Notes under the pieces: generated by a model
What the model was told of the DNA's origin: nothing
Seen by the model: only the letters and a program-made list of their open reading frames with translations
Databases searched by the model: none
Made by a program: the position numbers and the translations under genes
NCBI GenBank assembly: GCA_964551375.1
Contig: CAZKBG010000001.1
Coordinates: 210,001 to 242,000, forward strand
Origin: an uncultured archaeon
GTDB taxonomy: Archaea; Iainarchaeota; Iainarchaeia; Iainarchaeales; JAAZKV01
Length of the DNA: 32,000 nt
Direction: 5' to 3'
Shown here: positions 1-8,722 of the stretch, piece after piece
Layout of the letters: every line of letters starts with the position of its first letter
How positions within the stretch are numbered: position 1 is the first letter of the stretch

Positions 1-294
1 TTCAGGAACAAATCCCACAAATTCATCAATGACTTTCCCGTCTTTAAACATTTTCACCGCAGGAATGCCAGTTATTCCAAATCTTGTTGATTGAATTGGA
101 TTAGCGTCAACATTTAGTTTTGCAATCTTTACTTTGCCTTTGTATTTTGCAGCAAGCTTTTCCATCACAGGAGTCAGCATTTTACAAGGCATGCACCAGT
201 CAGCCCAAAAATCAACCACCACAATTTCTCCTTTTGGCGCTTTTAACACCATTTCATCAAAATTTTTATCACTTATTTCTATCGCATTATGCAT
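1..294 (-). CDS. trxA: Thioredoxin (C-terminus cut by window edge)
   Basis: Absent from the ORF track because it runs off the window. Reverse-strand translation from ATG (292-294): MHNAIEISDKNFDEMVLKAPKGEIVVVDFWADWCMPCKMLTPVMEKLAAKYKGKVKIAKLNVDANPIQSTRFGITGIPAVKMFKDGKVIDEFVGFVPE... This is a thioredoxin fold with a WCxPC active site (CMPC variant). Frame stays open to base 1. Confidence 0.85.
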   Translation of the reverse strand, partial: MHNAIEISDKNFDEMVLKAPKGEIVVVDFWADWCMPCKMLTPVMEKLAAKYKGKVKIAKLNVDANPIQSTRFGITGIPAVKMFKDGKVIDEFVGFVPE

Positions 295-397
295 ATTATT
301 CACCGTGCCCCATTAAGTCAGTAGTGATTATTATACACACACTCATTTATATACGATTTGAAGTTGTGCAAATGAACCGCTTTTATTCACACCCAGT

Positions 398-440
398 TTA
401 TAAAAAATAGAAATTCTGCCGCAGTTTTTACTCCGCGGCA
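398..440 (-). terminator. GC hairpin plus T-run downstream of the SPFH gene
   Basis: tgccgc (417-422) pairs with gcggca (435-440). On the minus strand the hairpin is followed by GAATTTCTATTTTTT. Confidence 0.4.
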
Positions 441-484
441 AAATCTAAATCTTTATTTTGCTTTCCAATCACTTTTATTTTCCA

Positions 485-1285
485 TTACCTTGATTTTTTC
501 TTTCCCATTACCTTGTTAATATTTTGAGCCATTTCAAGCACATCCACAGGCACTGCCAAAATAACAGTGTTGCTTGCGCTTGGACCAAGACCGTCAATTG
601 TTTGAAGAGTCCTTAGTTGCATTGCGCCTTTAGTTTTAGCCATGATTTGAGCGGCTTTTGAAAGATTCTCCGCAGCCATTCTATCCCCTTCGGATTTAAT
701 GATAGTAGCTCTTTTTTCTCTTTCAGAGCTTGCCTGCCTTGACATGATTCTTTTCAAATCTTCAGGCATTTCAATATCCTGCAGTTTGATTTCCTGAACT
801 TCAATCCCCCACTGGATTGAAGCTTTTTCAACAATTTTTTCAATGTCTTTTCCAATGTTTTCTCTTTCAGTCAAAACGTTATCAAGCATCATGCTCCCAG
901 CAACGTCCCTTAATGCAGTCTGGGCATATTGTGAAATTGCATATTCATAATCTTGAATTTTTGTTACCGCTGTCGCAGCATCAGCGACTTTAAAATAAAC
1001 AACTCCATTTATCGCAACAGGAACGTTATCTTTAGTAATCACCTGCTGTTTTTGAATATCAATAGTAACAATTCTCATGTCAATTTTTCTAATCGAATCA
1101 ATTACTGGAATAATAATTCTAAGCCCCGGCTGAAGAGTGTCCTTATACTTCCCAAGCCTGAATCTTACCCCATTTTCCCACTGATTGATAATTCTAATTC
1201 CCATGATTGCTAAAATCACTGCTACAATTAGTATCAGCCAAAAGGAACCAAATAATACCCCAATTATTAAATCAGCTAATGCCAT
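485..1285 (-). CDS. SPFH/band-7 (stomatin/prohibitin-like) membrane protein
   Basis: 266-aa ORF with an N-terminal TM helix, then the typical SPFH core (NQWENGVRFRLGKY..PGLRIIIPVIDSIRKIDMRIVTIDI..) and a C-terminal helical region. Confidence 0.85.
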   Translation of the reverse strand: MALADLIIGVLFGSFWLILIVAVILAIMGIRIINQWENGVRFRLGKYKDTLQPGLRIIIPVIDSIRKIDMRIVTIDIQKQQVITKDNVPVAINGVVYFKVADAATAVTKIQDYEYAISQYAQTALRDVAGSMMLDNVLTERENIGKDIEKIVEKASIQWGIEVQEIKLQDIEMPEDLKRIMSRQASSEREKRATIIKSEGDRMAAENLSKAAQIMAKTKGAMQLRTLQTIDGLGPSASNTVILAVPVDVLEMAQNINKVMGKKKSR

Positions 1286-1390
1286 AATCTTGCCCCCTTA
1301 TATGAATTATAATTAATCCTATTTTTAAATTAATTCACTGAAGAAGACTCGTTGAATTTTATCTAATTTATGGGCAAATTACATAAGTTC

Positions 1391-2029
1391 TTATTTGCTG
1401 CTGTGATGAGCCCATCTCTTTTTGTTCTTTTTATCATTCTTCCCTTCAAGCTTAATCATGCTCGCCCAGTCAAATTTAAAGAAAACAATAATCGCAACTA
1501 CGCCTATTATTTCAATCATAATAGTAAACAAGTTCATATTTCCAGCCATTGTGGACTGCACTGATGAGAAAACCTTGTCCACAGTGAAAACCAAAAATAA
1601 ATAACTAATAGTTCTTCCAACAACAAATCCAGCAAGTATTTCCCTCAACCTTGTCTTAGTCGCCCCAAAAGCAATGAATAAAGCATTTGAAGGAAGAGGG
1701 CTTAAAGCATAAATAATTGTGAAGGTAAACTTCTCCCAGCTCTTTGCGCTCAATTGCTTTTCAATTGATTTTAACTCATGCATCTTTTCCCTGCTCGCAA
1801 ATCGAGTAGCAACATACCCTGATAGTTTAGCAAGCGCAAAACGGCCCACAGTTGAAGCGCTCACTCCAATAAAAACAAGGACCCAAATATTCTGCGGCCT
1901 TGTTATATTAAAAAAAGACAAAACTGCCCAGGTAGGCGGAGCCATAGCAGGAACAACGTTAATTACAAGAACAATTACCCACTGAACAATCAAAAGAAGC
2001 CAGTAATCCATTAACTCTAATCCAAGCAT
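1391..2029 (-). CDS. DedA/YqaA (VTT-domain)-like integral membrane protein
   Basis: Polytopic membrane ORF (track 1391..2101). Motifs NVVPAMAPPTWAVLSFF and STVGRFALAKLSG resemble the DedA/YqaA family. The start is uncertain: 2101, 2029 or 2011. Confidence 0.5.
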   Translation of the reverse strand: MLGLELMDYWLLLIVQWVIVLVINVVPAMAPPTWAVLSFFNITRPQNIWVLVFIGVSASTVGRFALAKLSGYVATRFASREKMHELKSIEKQLSAKSWEKFTFTIIYALSPLPSNALFIAFGATKTRLREILAGFVVGRTISYLFLVFTVDKVFSSVQSTMAGNMNLFTIMIEIIGVVAIIVFFKFDWASMIKLEGKNDKKNKKRWAHHSSK

Positions 2030-2137
2030 TAAAACCAAAATAAGCAGGGCTTTTATGTTTATATAGTTTTTGCAAAGATTAATACTTAGAAAAGGGCACA
2101 CAAGTTAAGTGTGCATAATTTTAGTTTTTAGATTAGC

Positions 2138-2620
2138 ATGGAAAAGATTTTTATGAAAATGCTTGAAATAGGCTCCGGAAACAAGCCAAAAGAAGGATAC
2201 ATTCACTTCGACATACGGGCTAACGTTAAAGCTGACGTAGTTGGAGACGCAAAAAAACTGCCGTTTAAAGACGCTGAATTTGACAAAGTATACTCAAGAT
2301 TTTTCCTTGAGCACCTCCCGCGCGGAGAAGCTAAACTTGCAGTTAAAGAAATGAACAGAGTGCTAAAAAAAGGGGGCGAAATTGAAATAATTGTCCCAGA
2401 CCTTGCCTACTTTTGCAAATTATTCATTGAGGAAAAAGGACAGAAGAAAGAATGGGCGCTGAATAAAATGTACGGATTTGAAAACTACAAAGAAGACCAC
2501 CATTATTTTGGGTATGATTACGAAACTTTGCTTCAAACTCTAAAAGAAGCAGGGTTTATTGAAATCAAAAGAACAACTGAAGAAGGACAATATCTTGGAG
2601 TGACTGCAAAGAAACCTTAG
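2138..2620 (+). CDS. Class I SAM-dependent methyltransferase (Methyltransf_11-like)
   Basis: 160 aa with motif I LEIGSGNKP, an acidic loop (FDIR) and post-I/II motifs (DAEFDKVYSRFFLEHL, VLKKGGEIEIIVP). Confidence 0.8.
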   Translation: MEKIFMKMLEIGSGNKPKEGYIHFDIRANVKADVVGDAKKLPFKDAEFDKVYSRFFLEHLPRGEAKLAVKEMNRVLKKGGEIEIIVPDLAYFCKLFIEEKGQKKEWALNKMYGFENYKEDHHYFGYDYETLLQTLKEAGFIEIKRTTEEGQYLGVTAKKP

Positions 2621-2687
2621 GCAATTTGACCAGGTTTTACCTGTGTTTAAAAACTGTTGCGTTGAAATTTTGTGTGAAAGTGTCAAT

Positions 2688-3308
2688 ATGAAAACAAATA
2701 ATTTAAATATAAAAATCATAGCAATTATAGGATTAATTGCAATTACATTTATGTTGTTTGGCTGCACAAGCGAGCCAACAACAGCCAAAGCGGGGGATGA
2801 CACAATGGCAACTAGCACAAGTGATAATACAGGAGCTTTAAGCCCTGACAACAACTCAAAAGTTTTTAACAATCTTAATGAATTTAGAAAAGCAAAAGAC
2901 GGAGATAAAGTAAAAGTTGATTACACCGGAAGACTAACCGACGGAACAATTTTTGATTCAAGCGTGGGAAAAACTCCTCTTGAATTTACAGTAGGCGCAG
3001 GCCAAATGATAAAAGGATTTGACGCGGCAATCTTAGGAATGAAAGAAGGAGAAACAAAAGTAGTTACTCTAACTCCTGACCAGGCATACGGCTTTCCGGA
3101 TCCAAAAATGATTTCTGTTCTTGACGCAAATAATTTTGGAAATTTTAGTAAATTAACTGTTGGAATGGAAGTAAGGGGAACTGACGGATTCAATGTAATA
3201 GTCGGAAGAGTTATTGAAATCAACGACACTAACGCAAAAGTTGATTTTAATCCCGAACTTGCCGGAAAAACTCTTGTGTTTGACATAAAACTAGTCGATA
3301 TAGAATAG
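2688..3308 (+). CDS. FKBP-type peptidyl-prolyl isomerase (SlyD-like, with IF insert) carrying a lipoprotein signal peptide
   Basis: GDKVKVDYTGRLTDGTIFDSS..PLEFTVGAGQMIKGFDAAILGMKEGE..DQAYG ... DFNPELAGKTLVFDIKLVDI. The N-terminus MKTNNLNIKIIAIIGLIAITFMLFGCTS is a signal peptide plus lipobox. Start chosen at the internal ATG 2688 of ORF 2643..3308. Confidence 0.85.
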   Translation: MKTNNLNIKIIAIIGLIAITFMLFGCTSEPTTAKAGDDTMATSTSDNTGALSPDNNSKVFNNLNEFRKAKDGDKVKVDYTGRLTDGTIFDSSVGKTPLEFTVGAGQMIKGFDAAILGMKEGETKVVTLTPDQAYGFPDPKMISVLDANNFGNFSKLTVGMEVRGTDGFNVIVGRVIEINDTNAKVDFNPELAGKTLVFDIKLVDIE

Positions 3309-3321
3309 TTTTGGTGATTCA

Positions 3322-3834
3322 TTGAGAAAAGCGCTGATAATATACTACGCAGAAAGTGAAAAAGGCAAAGTCGCAAACGAGGAAAAGGTCGCGGCAGAAT
3401 TTGAAAAGCTTTTTAAAAAATCAAATTTTAACGTGACTAAAATCCTTCTTCAAACAAAAAAGAAAATGAAAATTAAACTCCAGCTCAAAATGGAAAAAGC
3501 CCTTGAGTTAAAGGACAAAATCCCCCAGATTTCTTCATTTGACTTAGTAGTAGTAGGTTCGCCAATAATCGGCTCGCTGACTTCAGCCCCTGCAGTGAAT
3601 ACTTTTCTTAGACAGCTGCCAAAAACCCCTAAAAACCAGAAGCCGAAATTCGTGCTGTTTTCAACAGGAGTAATCCCCGGATTTGCAATCAAAAAAATGC
3701 AGAGCTTATTGTCAATGAAAGGCGCAAGCGTTATTGATTCTGAAACATTCACAAGCATTTTTGAATTTGACAATAAAAAACTTATTGAAGTGGATAAATT
3801 CTACTCCAAAGTCATGCAAAAACTTACAAACTAA
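3322..3834 (+). CDS. Flavodoxin-like fold protein
   Basis: 170 aa with the pattern ALIIYYAES...DLVVVGSPIIG...KFVLFSTG typical of flavodoxin-domain proteins. It has a non-ATG (TTG) start in the track. Confidence 0.45.
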   Translation: MRKALIIYYAESEKGKVANEEKVAAEFEKLFKKSNFNVTKILLQTKKKMKIKLQLKMEKALELKDKIPQISSFDLVVVGSPIIGSLTSAPAVNTFLRQLPKTPKNQKPKFVLFSTGVIPGFAIKKMQSLLSMKGASVIDSETFTSIFEFDNKKLIEVDKFYSKVMQKLTN

Positions 3835-3904
3835 CAAAAGAGCCTTTAACTTAACAAAATTAATCTTTGGCTAAGTAATCCTTGTCTGATTAATCTTTAC
3901 CCAA

Positions 3905-4687
3905 TTAGTCTTTGTCTATTTCTGAATTCAGCTGATTCATCAAGTCATCCTCAACTTCATCAAGCTGCTCTTCCCTTTTTCTTTCAGTGGACAACTTTTC
4001 CTGCCTTGCAATCTCCTTAGCCCCTTCTTTAAGAGAGCTTTTTAATTTTGCAATCTCATCGCTGTTCTGAATAGCAGTAATCTGCCCCTCAATTGAAATA
4101 ATTTCCTTATTAATGTCTGAAGTTATTCTTTGAAATGAATTCTGGTCAATTTTTCTTTTCAAATAACTCTTTTCTGCAATTTTTAATTCATGAGTCTTCT
4201 TCTGCTTCTGCTCCATGAGCTTCATTATAATCTTCTTCTTATCGGAGGAAACTGTTTTTGCTTTCTTTAAATCCTCTTTAGGCAAATCAGCGGATTTTAA
4301 CGAATCCATTTCGGATTCAATTTCAATAAGCTTCTGATTCTGTTCCTGACAGATTGAATCATAAGTTTCCTTGTCAATTTTGTGCTTCAAATACTGCCTC
4401 TCCGCTTCCTTTAATGCATTAGTAACCTTCTGCCTCTCAAGAGAAATGTCATTTGATTTCTGAACAATGTCTTTCTTTGGGCGCTGAGGGATTTGTATTT
4501 TTGAGGCAACGCTTGACACAACAATAAGAATTCCAATCAAAACCATAACAAAAACTAAAGGAGCAATATACACTAAAATCCCAAATTCTTCAACAAGCTG
4601 CGGGGCAAGGTCCTTCATAAAAAAGATTGAAACAATCGCCGCCAAAAACAAAACAACGATAATGACTGAAGTTATTCTTCTATCCAT
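3905..4687 (-). CDS. Membrane-anchored coiled-coil protein, unknown function
   Basis: 260 aa with two N-terminal TM helices, then a K/E-rich coiled coil containing an internally duplicated module (ERQYLKHKIDKETYDSI.. / EKSYLKRKIDQNSFQRI..). Confidence 0.6.
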   Translation of the reverse strand: MDRRITSVIIVVLFLAAIVSIFFMKDLAPQLVEEFGILVYIAPLVFVMVLIGILIVVSSVASKIQIPQRPKKDIVQKSNDISLERQKVTNALKEAERQYLKHKIDKETYDSICQEQNQKLIEIESEMDSLKSADLPKEDLKKAKTVSSDKKKIIMKLMEQKQKKTHELKIAEKSYLKRKIDQNSFQRITSDINKEIISIEGQITAIQNSDEIAKLKSSLKEGAKEIARQEKLSTERKREEQLDEVEDDLMNQLNSEIDKD

Positions 4688-4748
4688 GCAGAAATCAAGG
4701 CTTTTAATAATAAAAAGCTAACGGATTTGAATTATTTAAGTTTTTAAA

Positions 4749-4807
4749 AATAGAAAAGCGACCCTTTGTCGCCAATTAACCAATAAAAGAAATAGAAAAG
4801 CGACCCT
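4749..4807. repeat. 17-nt direct repeat (aatagaaaagcgaccct) at the tRNA-Arg 3' end and 42 nt downstream
   Basis: Copies at 4749-4765 and 4791-4807. The second copy overlaps the last 7 nt of the tRNA. The distal copy sits in a gcgac/gtcgc hairpin followed, on the minus strand, by a T-run. Confidence 0.7.
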
Positions 4808-4873
4808 GGCGCGAATCGAACGCGCGGTCTCCTGCTTAGAAGGCAGGCGCCTTATCCACTGGGCTACAGGGTC
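4801..4873 (-). tRNA. tRNA-Arg (anticodon TCT)
   Basis: Reverse strand: GACCCTGTAGCCCAGTGGATAAGGCGCCTGCCTTCTAAGCAGGAGACCGCGCGTTCGATTCGCGCCAGGGTCG. It folds into a cloverleaf by hand: 7-bp acceptor stem, anticodon stem CCTGC/GCAGG with loop CTTCTAA, and T-arm GCGCG-TTCGATT-CGCGC. No CCA is encoded. Confidence 0.92.
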
Positions 4874-4976
4874 AGCTGCAATTGACTAAACTATCCAAGG
4901 CTATAATTTAATTAAGTCCCACTACCGTATTTAAAGCTATTTATTTCTGTGAAAAAAACAACAAAGAACATAGTTT

Positions 4977-4996
4977 AATGCTTTTTAAAAAGCATT
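4977..4996 (+). promoter_or_regulatory. Perfect 20-nt palindrome containing a TATA-like core upstream of argS
   Basis: AATGCTTTTTAAAAAGCATT. The core TTTTTAAAAA spans about -33 to -24 relative to the argS ATG (5015), consistent with a leaderless-mRNA promoter. Confidence 0.35.
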
Positions 4997-5014
4997 CACC
5001 ATAATTATATTGAT

Positions 5015-6733
5015 ATGAATTTCAAGGAAAAAGTGGCTGAATTAATCTCGAAAAGCTCATCTACTTCAAAAGAAACAATTTTGCCGCTCATAACAGTTCC
5101 CCCGCAGGGAATGGGCGACTATGCGTTCCCCTGCTTTGTAATCGCAAAAACCCAAAAGAAAAACCCTGTTGAAGTTGCTCACGATTTGTCAAAACTTCTT
5201 AAAGCCGATTTTATAGAAAGAGTTGAATCAAAAGGGCCTTACTTAAATTTTTTTATTTCCAAATCAATTCTCTCAAGCAGCGCGCTTGAAGGAATATTCA
5301 GCGGAAAATCGCTTGAAACAAAACTTGGAAGCGGAAAAGTAATGGTGGAGTATTCAAGCCCAAATACAAACAAACCCCTTCACATAGGACACTTAAGAAA
5401 TAATTCTCTCGGGCTTGCAATTGCTAACTTAATGGAAGCAGCAGGACACAAGGTAATTAAGGCAAATTTAGTAAATGACAGAGGAGTCCATATTTGCAAA
5501 AGCATGCTTGCATACAAGTTATTTGCAAATGGAAAAGATCCTGTTAAGGAAGGCAAAAAATCCGACCACTTTGTCGGGGACATGTACGTTTTATTCTCAC
5601 AGAAAGCAAAGGAGGATCCGACTCTTGAAGACAAAGCCCAAGAGATGCTTGTTGCATGGGAAAAAGGAGATAAAGAAACAATCGCTCTTTGGAAAAAAAT
5701 GAATAAATGGGCGCTTGACGGAATGAAAGAAACTTACAAAACATTTGGGACAAATTTTGACACATGGCTCTTTGAATCAGAAGTTTACAAAACAGATTTA
5801 AGCAAAACAATAATTGAGGAAGGATTGAAAAAAGAAATTTTCAAAAAAGAGGATGACGGGGCAATTATAGCAATTCTTGAGCCAGAGCTTCCTAATAAAG
5901 TTTTATTGAGAAGAGACGGAACTTCGCTTTATGCAACAAATGATATTGGATTAACACAAAAAAAGTTTGAGGAATACAAGCTTGACAAGGCAATTTGGGT
6001 TGTTGCAAACGAACAGGACTTATACTTTAAACAACTGTTTAAGATATTTGAGAAACTCGGCAGAAAATGGGCAAAACAGTGCTACCACTTAAGCTACGGG
6101 TATGTTTCACTGCCAAGCGGAAGAATGAAATCAAGAGAAGGAACTGTAGTTGACGGCGATGATTTAATTGAAGAAATAAGAAAAATTGCCCTTGCAGAAA
6201 TTAAGAAAAGATATCCTCAGCTTAAAGACAAAGATGCAAATGAAAGAGCGCTTGCAATTTCTCTCTCAGCAATTAAATTCTACCTGCTGAAGAATGACGC
6301 AAAGAAAGACATGACTTTTGACCCTGAAAAAAGCATTTCATTTGAAGGAGAAACAGGACCATACCTCCAGTACACTTATGCAAGAGCTTCAAGCATCATA
6401 AAAAAAGCGGCTCTTGAAAAAGTTGATTTGAAAAAATTATCAAAAGCTAACTTTTCACTTTTAACAGAACAAAAGGAAAAAGAGCTTATTATAGAACTTG
6501 GGAAGTATTCAACTTCAATAAAAAAGTCCTGGGAAGAGCTTTCACTTCACCCGCTTTGCCACAACTTGCTTGGAATTGCGGAGAAATTTAACTCATTCTA
6601 CCATGACGTGCCTGTAATGAAAGCTGAAAATGAGAAAATAAAACTTGCCCGAATAGCTCTTGTTGAAGCGACAAGAATTGTGCTAAAAAAAGGATTTGAA
6701 CTAATTGATATTAAAGCAATTGAAGAGATGTAA
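5015..6733 (+). CDS. argS: Arginyl-tRNA synthetase
   Basis: 572 aa with the class I HIGH motif in SSPNTNKPLHIGHLRN, an N-terminal Arg-tRNA-binding domain, a KMSK-equivalent (GRMKSREG) and a C-terminal DALR anticodon-binding region. Confidence 0.95.
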   Translation: MNFKEKVAELISKSSSTSKETILPLITVPPQGMGDYAFPCFVIAKTQKKNPVEVAHDLSKLLKADFIERVESKGPYLNFFISKSILSSSALEGIFSGKSLETKLGSGKVMVEYSSPNTNKPLHIGHLRNNSLGLAIANLMEAAGHKVIKANLVNDRGVHICKSMLAYKLFANGKDPVKEGKKSDHFVGDMYVLFSQKAKEDPTLEDKAQEMLVAWEKGDKETIALWKKMNKWALDGMKETYKTFGTNFDTWLFESEVYKTDLSKTIIEEGLKKEIFKKEDDGAIIAILEPELPNKVLLRRDGTSLYATNDIGLTQKKFEEYKLDKAIWVVANEQDLYFKQLFKIFEKLGRKWAKQCYHLSYGYVSLPSGRMKSREGTVVDGDDLIEEIRKIALAEIKKRYPQLKDKDANERALAISLSAIKFYLLKNDAKKDMTFDPEKSISFEGETGPYLQYTYARASSIIKKAALEKVDLKKLSKANFSLLTEQKEKELIIELGKYSTSIKKSWEELSLHPLCHNLLGIAEKFNSFYHDVPVMKAENEKIKLARIALVEATRIVLKKGFELIDIKAIEEM

Positions 6734-6789
6734 TCAAACCCCTAAACTTAAAATATTTCTTAATCTTAGCTAAAAGTCTTAACTTTAAC

Positions 6790-8604
6790 TTATTCAACAA
6801 CAGCCTTTATTCTTCTTACGCCTGCCGCAACTGCTTCCTGCTTTAAGATTTTAAATTTTCCAAGCTCTTTTGTGTTTTTCACATGCGGACCGCCGCAAAG
6901 TTCTCTTGAAAATACTTTTGCGCCTTTTTTAATTGTATAAACTTTCACCTGCTCGCCGTACTTGTCTTCAAATAATCCCTGCGCTCCAAGTTTCTTTGCT
7001 TCTGCAATAGGCAAAACAGCCATTTCAACATCAGCTTCTGCTTTAATTGCATCATTAACCCAATCCTCAACTTTCTTTAACTGTTCATCAGTTAATTTCT
7101 CATCAGAATTAAAATCAAATCTTAATCTTTCAGCAGTGATATTTGAGCCCTTTTGGTGAATTCCCTTGTCAACTATTTGTCTTAGCGCTTCATTCAATAA
7201 ATGAGTTGCTGTGTGAAGCCTTGTTGTAACTTCACCGTGATCTGCCAAGCCTCCTTTGAATTTCTGCTCAGCGCCTTTTCTTGAAAGCTCCTGATGCTCT
7301 TTTAATAATTTTTCAAATCCTTCAACATCAACGCTAAATCCTTTCTCTTTGCACATTTCAACAGTCATTTCAAGCGGGAAGCCGTAGCTTTGGAATAAAT
7401 CAAATGCTCCTTTTGCGTTGAGTTTCTTGTCAGGACTTTTGTCCAAGAATTGAAGCTTTTTCTCAAGTACTTTTGTTCCATTTTCAAGCGCAGCGGAGAA
7501 CTTTTCTTCTTCCTTTTCAAGTTCATCAAAAATTCTTGCCTTATTTTTTTCAACTTCAGGATAAACAGAGCCCATTACTTTAACCGCAACTTTTGCAACT
7601 TCAGCGCAGAACTTCCCCTCAATTCCAAGAACTCTCGCATGCCTTATGCTTCTTCTAATAAACCTTCTCAAAATATACCCTTGGTCAACATTGCTTGGAG
7701 AAATTCCTTTCTCATCGCCCAAAATCATCACAGCCGCCCTTAAGTGGTCAGTAATAATTCTTGCGCTTCTTGTCCACTCAGGCTTGAACACATTAGTAAG
7801 CCCGTTAAAATAAGGCGAAAGAGATTTTACTTTATCAAAAATCGGTTTTAAAGTATCGCACTCATAAACGCTTGTAAATCCATTCAACACTGCAACAGTT
7901 CTTTCAACACCCATCCCAGTATCAATATTCTTCTTAGCAAGCTCAGGGAATTTGCCGTCTGCTGTTTTGTTATACTGCATTAGCACATCATTCCAAATCT
8001 CGCAAAATGAGCCTTCTTTGCACAACTTCAAAAAATCAGCAGTATTTTTTTCCAAAATATCCTTAACATGATAAAACATTTCAGTGTCAGGTCCGCAAGG
8101 GCCAGTTAATCCAGCAGGGCCCCACCAATTATCAGCCTTTGGCAAAAAATGAATCCTGCTTTTTAAAACGCCAGCTTTTTCCCAAGCGCTTGCAGCTTCA
8201 AGGTCCCTAGGAGCATCCTTATCTCCTTCAAAACAAGTAACACTTAACCGTTCTTTAGGAATTTTTAATTCCTTAGTCAAAAAATCATAACTGAATCCAA
8301 CCATTTCTTTCTTGAAATAATCCCCTAAAGACCAATTTCCAAGCATTTCAAAAAAACTTAAATGCCAAGCATCCCCAACTTCATCAATATCCCCCGTTCG
8401 AATGCATTTTTGAACATTGCAAATCCTTTTTCCCAAAGGATGAGGCTCTCCAAGCAGATATGGAACAAGCGGGTGCATTCCAGCAGTAGTAAAAAGAACA
8501 GTGGGATCATTTTCAGGAATTAAAGAAGCGCTTGGTATTCTCTTATGCCCCATCTTCTCAAAGAACTTTAGATACTTTTCCCTTAACTCACTGCTTGAAA
8601 TCAT
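6790..8604 (-). CDS. alaS: Alanyl-tRNA synthetase, short bacterial-type form lacking the C-Ala domain
   Basis: MISSSELREKYLKFFEKMGHKRIPSASLIPENDPTVLFTTAGM..QKCIRTGDIDEVGD..SFFEMLGNWSLGDYFK. Editing-domain motifs HTATHLLNEALR and CGGPHV are present, and the protein ends at ..GVRRIKAVVE. Start taken at the second Met (8604) of ORF 6790..8625. Confidence 0.9.
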   Translation of the reverse strand: MISSSELREKYLKFFEKMGHKRIPSASLIPENDPTVLFTTAGMHPLVPYLLGEPHPLGKRICNVQKCIRTGDIDEVGDAWHLSFFEMLGNWSLGDYFKKEMVGFSYDFLTKELKIPKERLSVTCFEGDKDAPRDLEAASAWEKAGVLKSRIHFLPKADNWWGPAGLTGPCGPDTEMFYHVKDILEKNTADFLKLCKEGSFCEIWNDVLMQYNKTADGKFPELAKKNIDTGMGVERTVAVLNGFTSVYECDTLKPIFDKVKSLSPYFNGLTNVFKPEWTRSARIITDHLRAAVMILGDEKGISPSNVDQGYILRRFIRRSIRHARVLGIEGKFCAEVAKVAVKVMGSVYPEVEKNKARIFDELEKEEEKFSAALENGTKVLEKKLQFLDKSPDKKLNAKGAFDLFQSYGFPLEMTVEMCKEKGFSVDVEGFEKLLKEHQELSRKGAEQKFKGGLADHGEVTTRLHTATHLLNEALRQIVDKGIHQKGSNITAERLRFDFNSDEKLTDEQLKKVEDWVNDAIKAEADVEMAVLPIAEAKKLGAQGLFEDKYGEQVKVYTIKKGAKVFSRELCGGPHVKNTKELGKFKILKQEAVAAGVRRIKAVVE

Positions 8605-8722
8605 AACAATACAACTACAAATCAACTATAAATAACAAATTGAGAAACAATTTTAAAAGCAATTTAGATGCTGCAAATACAAGTTTTTATCACGCATATT
8701 ATATTTGCAATTTTTAAAATTA

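Noticed and set aside
120-410. Plus-strand ORFs 120..410 and 134..316
   Set aside because: They are antisense to a clear thioredoxin coding sequence on the minus strand, and the peptides have no features.
4749-4807. 17-nt direct repeat at the tRNA-Arg 3' end as an att site of an integrated element
   Set aside because: The copies are only 42 nt apart, with no cargo and no integrase anywhere in the window. The distal copy forms a hairpin plus T-run that works as a tRNA terminator. It is more likely a local duplication than a mobile-element scar.
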